A DNA stretch of 64,000 nucleotides, taken from assembly GCA_965240325.2 (NCBI GenBank), contig OZ251244.1, positions 1,240,001 to 1,304,000 on the forward strand, read 5' to 3'. Under the pieces are notes generated by a model. That model ran no database searches, was not told the DNA's origin, and saw only the letters and a list, made by a program, of their open reading frames with translations. Each line of letters begins with the position of its first letter. Position 1 is the stretch's first letter. The translations under genes and the position numbers were made by a program. Below, one piece after another: positions 58,969 to 64,000 of the stretch. Source of the DNA: Rebecca billardiae RCC1528. Lineage: Eukaryota > Protista > Haptophyta.

Positions 58969-59429
58969 CCGTCAGGCGTCCGAGCACTCGAGCAGTCGCG
59001 CGGGCCGCGCCCGCAGCGGCGTCGCGTCGGTCTGACCGCTGAGTCGTCATCATCAACGACTAGCAGCAGCAGACGATCGCGACGTCTATGCAGTAGCGCT
59101 CGCGCGCCATCACGCACTTATCCATCACAATCAGCAGCGAGCACTTATTACGATCGACACTATACTACGACACAATGACAGTCGACAGACGCTACCGCCA
59201 GACGTCAATGTGGCAGCATGACGTCGACGATGGCGATGTCCATATACGTCGCCGCACGGCGCCCCCGGGGGTCTGCGGCGCTCCGGAGCCCGATCGCGTC
59301 TGGCGCCTCTGGCGGCACCCCTAGGGTGTGCCTGAGGTACAACCCAGCGGGTATGTACCATTTAGACGACTTTCTTCCACTACCATGTGCCCCACGGACG
59401 TCACGAGGTCAGCGACGGGGCCGCCGACG

Positions 59430-59940
59430 GCATGCATGCTTCAACTTTCGGACCCACTGGCTCTCAGCGCGCGCGCCGAGTCAGAGCCGCTGCCTGGTTG
59501 GTGAGCCGTGATATGCCAGTCGGGCTGACGGCATCATGCATTCTAGATATCACATACATGCAGTAGGCCACCTCAGGCACGGAGTCACGGACGAACATGC
59601 TCACTCGGCTTCCGCGCCAGCCCCAGGGCGGCAGCTGCGGCTGCGCCGCCGCGGGCACCGTCGACCACTTTCGGACCGCATGTTCTCAGGATGCACGCGG
59701 TGTCGCGGTGAGTCCGTGCTGGCAGCTCGGCGGCCTGGTAGGCCATTTGAGTCGGGCTGACGACATCATACATTCCAGACACCAAGTGCGTGTAGCAGCC
59801 AACCTCAGGGGCGGGCAAGCATGCTCACCAGGTAGGCGACTGTCGATGTCAGCTCCGGACCCTGCGTCGCGGCCTCGCGGGCACCGTCCAGCGTCCGCCG
59901 TCACTGACGTCGACCGGGTGAACTTTCGGACCGCGGGCCA
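59430..59940 (+). repeat. Diverged tandem repeat, period about 240 bp
   Basis: ACTTTCGGACC recurs at about 59444, 59667 and 59922. AGTCGGGCTGACG.CATCAT.CATTC.AGA...CCTCAGG...CATGCTCAC occurs twice. Confidence 0.7.
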
Positions 59941-60666
59941 GCACGCGCATCCGCTGCCTCTGCCTCCTTCTGCGCAGTTCGCGCGGCCTTCGGCTGGTTG
60001 AATTCCCGCAACGACCACGAGTCATTCCGGACATTGAGCCGCATGTTGTCCGGCATCGGCGCGGCGACCTCTACGGCGGGCACAGGAAGGATACCGAGCT
60101 GGTCGGCGAGCTCAGCCGCGTCGAACCTCACCGCCTCAGCCTAGCGCACGTCAACAAGTTCGGCCTCGTGCTGCTCACGCAGGCGCGCGAGCTTGGCGGC
60201 CTGGCGTGCCGACTACTGCTTGGCAAGCTCAACGTTGGCGGGGAAGGCTGGTGCAATCTTCCATCGGCCGAACGCGCAGCCGCGCGCCCCAACACCACCG
60301 CATGGCAGCCGCCTTCCGCGCAACTACCGCGCGCTAGATCTCGTAGGTCTCCGCTTTCGCCTCAAGCGAGTACGGCTCGACGCCCTTAGATCGAGGCGCT
60401 TGCGCTGGGCCCGCTGGCCGCGGCGCGCCCAGCGTAAGCGCGGGCGTACCGATCAGCGCAGCGCCTGAGCTGCGAGCGGCCGAGGATGATGCCAGCAGGC
60501 ACCGCGACTCGACTGGTGGCGTATACTGACGGGCACGTCACCCCACGCGCCGACAGGCTGCTCAGCCCTGCCGCGGCGCACCCGCCATGAACGAGCCACT
60601 GTCGCCATCGCGCCCGGTCCGAAAAACGAAGCAGTCCGAAAAACGAAGCAGCGACCTTCACCTGTA

Positions 60667-61260
60667 CAGGTGGATACGGGTGATCTGGACAGTGGCCGAC
60701 CCAACTCACGCGGAGGCCTCCCTGGGAGCATTGGGGTCGAAGGGGCGCCAGGGACGGACTTCAGGGGGTCCCTGGAGTTCCGCCACAGCGCGCTTTCTGC
60801 GCTGCGGGCCCGTCTCCGCGCGTGGCGGCCGCAATGGCACTGTCCAATTAGCCCCTGGCACTGGCTGAGGCATGGGAATCGAGCTCAGAGACGCGCGCGC
60901 GGAGGAAAAGCGTGTGCAGCGGCTCGGACGCTTGCTCTGGGACCTACCCACGCCAGCGCAACCGCGCCTTGCCTCGGAGTCCGCCCTTCCTGAGTCCGCG
61001 CACGCGCCTTGCGGCTTGAAACGCTGGCGTTCGCCCTTGTGCGCGGGACTCACGAAACAAGGCGAAGGCGGCGAGAAGCGCGACCTGGCGCGTGCGCAGA
61101 CGACGTCTCGCGACCAGGTGAGTTCAGCGAACATCGTGCGCCGTCGTGGCGACCCGCCAGTGGGCGCTCGTGCTCGTTCGCCCACGAGCCCTCGCCACGA
61201 GGCCCGCCGCCCGCTGAGTGTCCAGATAGCCCCTGTGTCCAGTTAGCCCGTATCCACCTG
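60667..61260. mobile_element. Tc1/mariner-type MITE, 594 bp, TA TSD
   Basis: TA|CAGGTGGATACGGG..CTGGACA ... TGTCCAG..CCCGTATCCACCTG|TA. Confidence 0.88.
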
Positions 61261-63173
61261 TATATCTATCGGCTGTATGCGACTGATGATATCACTCATC
61301 ACAGTAACTAAAGTATCATATGACTTCATCATGGTTGATGATGCGTTGACGATCAAGAGATTGATAGGCGTCATCAATTTCAAATTTCAAGACCGGTCGA
61401 TGTTCAATCTCAAATCATGTGAACGGTTGAAAGCACACCCACGGAATTTCATCGCGGGTATGACGTCGGTGGGCAGCCGTCCGGTGGGTGCACAGGTACC
61501 ACCCCCGGCCCCCGCATCGGTCCGTTCATATCATAATATTTATATTATATAATATTATGATGATTATGATCTGCGCAAGGCTTGCCGCCCGCCGCCCGGG
61601 CGGCCCTTTGTCGGATGCCGGTTCGGCCTTCTGTATATACATATATGGTTGAGACGGCATTGTAATGGTGGCGAGCGACGAACTGCATGTGTTACTGTAA
61701 GTGTTAACATATGAGGCGGTTTGTCACAATATGCGATGTACTCCAATCACAGATTCGTCGAGATGTGTAACCCACTGGCACGGGCGGGCGGGGTAAGTCA
61801 TCATCCGCGGTTCAGATCGGGGGTACCGAGAGTATCGGATATTCATAGTTCTTTCATGGATCAATCGGATCGGTCAATATCGGCCCAGCCGGCGGGGAAG
61901 ATAGATGACCCGTCGTCTCATCAAGTCATCACGACAGATGGCTTGTGACAAGCTTGTGAAGCCTGTCGACGGGGCGGATGATTGATACGGGACGTCCCTG
62001 AAAGGTTGCGACCGGGTCGTAACTTAAGCCCCAACCCCCGCGCGAACCCCCTGCCGAAGTTGACGCGAACCGGAGCGAACCTATGTCCATGAGAAGCACC
62101 CTCACGAGCCCACGAGCGCCGCTCATGCCGGCTCGCCGCCACCCTCCGGCGTCAAAGGAGCCATTCCTTCGCGAGACGTCGCCGTCGACGATCATCCTGA
62201 TGATGGCCATGATACGCGCGCAGCGTGCCCGCCATGGAGCGCCGCTGGCGGACGACGCTCAGACCAGCGTGCTGACGAAGAGCCAAAGGCTCCGCGCGAA
62301 CGCGCACACGCACACGGGCGACAGCAGCCCACCGCCATTAGCAGGCGCAGGACGAGACCCCACTTCGATCGATGACTCGGACACCAGCGAGGCGCACACG
62401 ATCGGTGCCAAGCGCCCGCGCCCGTCGGAGGACGACACGTCGGCGCCGCTAGCCCACAGCCGACCTCGGACTTGCACGTTGCTTCCGCTCGTGTGCACTG
62501 TCACCTCCAGCAGCGTCACGCCGCTCGGGCGTGATGACACCGCCGGCGCAACGCAACCATCCAACTGATGAGGCGGCGTGGTACCTCCGCCTCGGTTCCC
62601 GAACGCATCGCCTGTCTGGGCGGCTGCCCGGCCCCCGGGGCGCGAGCCGGCGGCGGAGAACGGCTACGCTTAGTCGGATCGCGCGGCTCCAGGTCGTGAG
62701 CACGGCTGCTCACTACCGTCGGGCGCCGTTCTGACAGTAGTTAGAACTGTCGGACCGTCTACGACTAAGTACGTCGTCAGCCCGAGAATAGACCGTCTGC
62801 TAAGCTCATACGGTATTCCGAGACAGTGCCTTCGGTAGCGAGTACCACTACACACAACGACTGGCCGTCCCAATCTAAATCTGCACTCTACGAAGTCGCT
62901 CCCCCGGGCCCGGGAATTAGTCTGGGACCGAAAATCTGCATGCAGTAGCGGGACGACTACATCACCGCCGGATCACCCGCCAGGGCCCAGCGGCTGAGAC
63001 GGCCGTCTGACATCCGGACCTGCACCCTCGCCCTCGCTCGGGGCACAGCAGGTCCATGCGAGCCGCGCAGCGCAGGTGGATCGCGCTCCAGCAGCTCAAG
63101 GCCGCGCTCAAGCCATTCGATCGCGGTTCAGGCTATGCTCTGCCACCAGCGCCGACTTCGTGTCGACGATCGG

Positions 63174-63345
63174 GCACTGCCGACGACGAATCAGGAGACC
63201 TGCGCCGTCCTACCTGTGTCGTTAAATCATAGAATGAGTCTGAGTGCACTCGAGCGAAAACGTGCCAGGCTAGGCATGCGCGGCCCAGACGACGAATCAG
63301 GAGACCTGCGCCGTCCTACCTGTGTCGTTAAATCATAGAATGAGT
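63174..63345 (+). repeat. Two copies of a motif of about 55 bp, also present at 42917-42987
   Basis: GACGACGAATCAGGAGACCTGCGCCGTCCTACCTGTGTCGTTAAATCATAGAATGAGT x2. Confidence 0.88.
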
Positions 63346-63650
63346 GCGGGCTAGGCATCTGGGGGCGATGCCTAGCCCGGCAGGCTAGGCATTCGCCCAT
63401 ACCCTCGCGCCTTCAGAACTTTCGGAAACGAAAGTCGCGCAAAGGCGGCCCCGGTCTTCTTTCACGGCGGCGCAAGGGGCGCGGGGGCGCTGGCTCGCGA
63501 TCCGAAGGGCAGTCGCTCGCGACCTCGCTTGGGCGGCGGCAGCGGCGCTGCGGCATACTGTTTGCCACCCGCGCGGCTGTGTGCGATCGCGCGGTCCCGT
63601 TCGTCGCCACGCCGCGCGCGACCGTTCACGGCACAGTCTTTCCGCACTGT

Positions 63651-64000
63651 GAGCACCCCTTGCCAGCGCACGGCGGCGGAGAGCCCAGACAGCCCGTCAC
63701 GCGCGCGACGTCCTTGTGGGATGCGATGTACCCAGGTTCTTTGGGTTCCCGGAGGCATGCGCTTGCCCACGGGGTGGGCAAGAGGATCATGGACGACTGC
63801 TGCGCTGTCCATGCCTCGTTGACCGATTGGCAGACGATGACTCATCTTGCAGCAGTAGAGAGTGGTCTGGATGCTGAACAGGCTCACCAAAACGCAGGCG
63901 CATGCTAGCATTAGGGTGAGTACATCGCATCCCACAAGGACGTCGCGCGCGTGACGGGCTGTCTGGGCTCTCCGCCGCCGTGCGCTGGCAAGGGGTGCTC
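63651..64000. repeat. Long perfect inverted repeat running off the window end (fold-back element)
   Basis: 63651-63731 is the exact reverse complement of 63920-64000; spacer of about 188 bp. Confidence 0.92.

Overview
GC-rich eukaryotic nuclear DNA with GT-AG spliceosomal introns full of (CG)n/(GT)n low-complexity sequence. The style resembles a haptophyte or other GC-rich alga, which is an inference only. Eleven protein-coding genes are supportable: an F-box+RCC1-repeat protein, aprataxin (FHA-HIT-ZnF), a C2H2 zinc-finger protein (2 exons), an R2R3-type MYB factor (2 exons), a Gfo/Idh/MocA-like oxidoreductase, an SLC18-like MFS transporter (7 exons), a Pro-rich unknown protein, a divergent cytochrome P450, the mitochondrial ATP synthase delta subunit, a GH35 beta-galactosidase (5 exons) and an alpha/beta hydrolase. 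The spacers are dense in mobile DNA. The clearest element is a very young non-autonomous Ty1/copia LTR element (16563-21624) with apparently identical 976-bp LTRs that carry a 10-bp minisatellite, non-canonical TG...TA ends and a TACTA TSD. There are also at least six short TIR elements with different end/TSD signatures (CACAGTG ends, 9-bp, AT, 4-bp, 7-bp and TA TSDs), two fold-back structures and several small dispersed repeat families. Copies of those repeats differ mainly by 2-11-nt micro-insertions rich in TCA/TGA/GAC words, which suggests a pervasive footprint-like insertion process in intergenic DNA. Most ORFs in the six-frame track are GC-driven shadows. All coordinates and alignments were read by eye.
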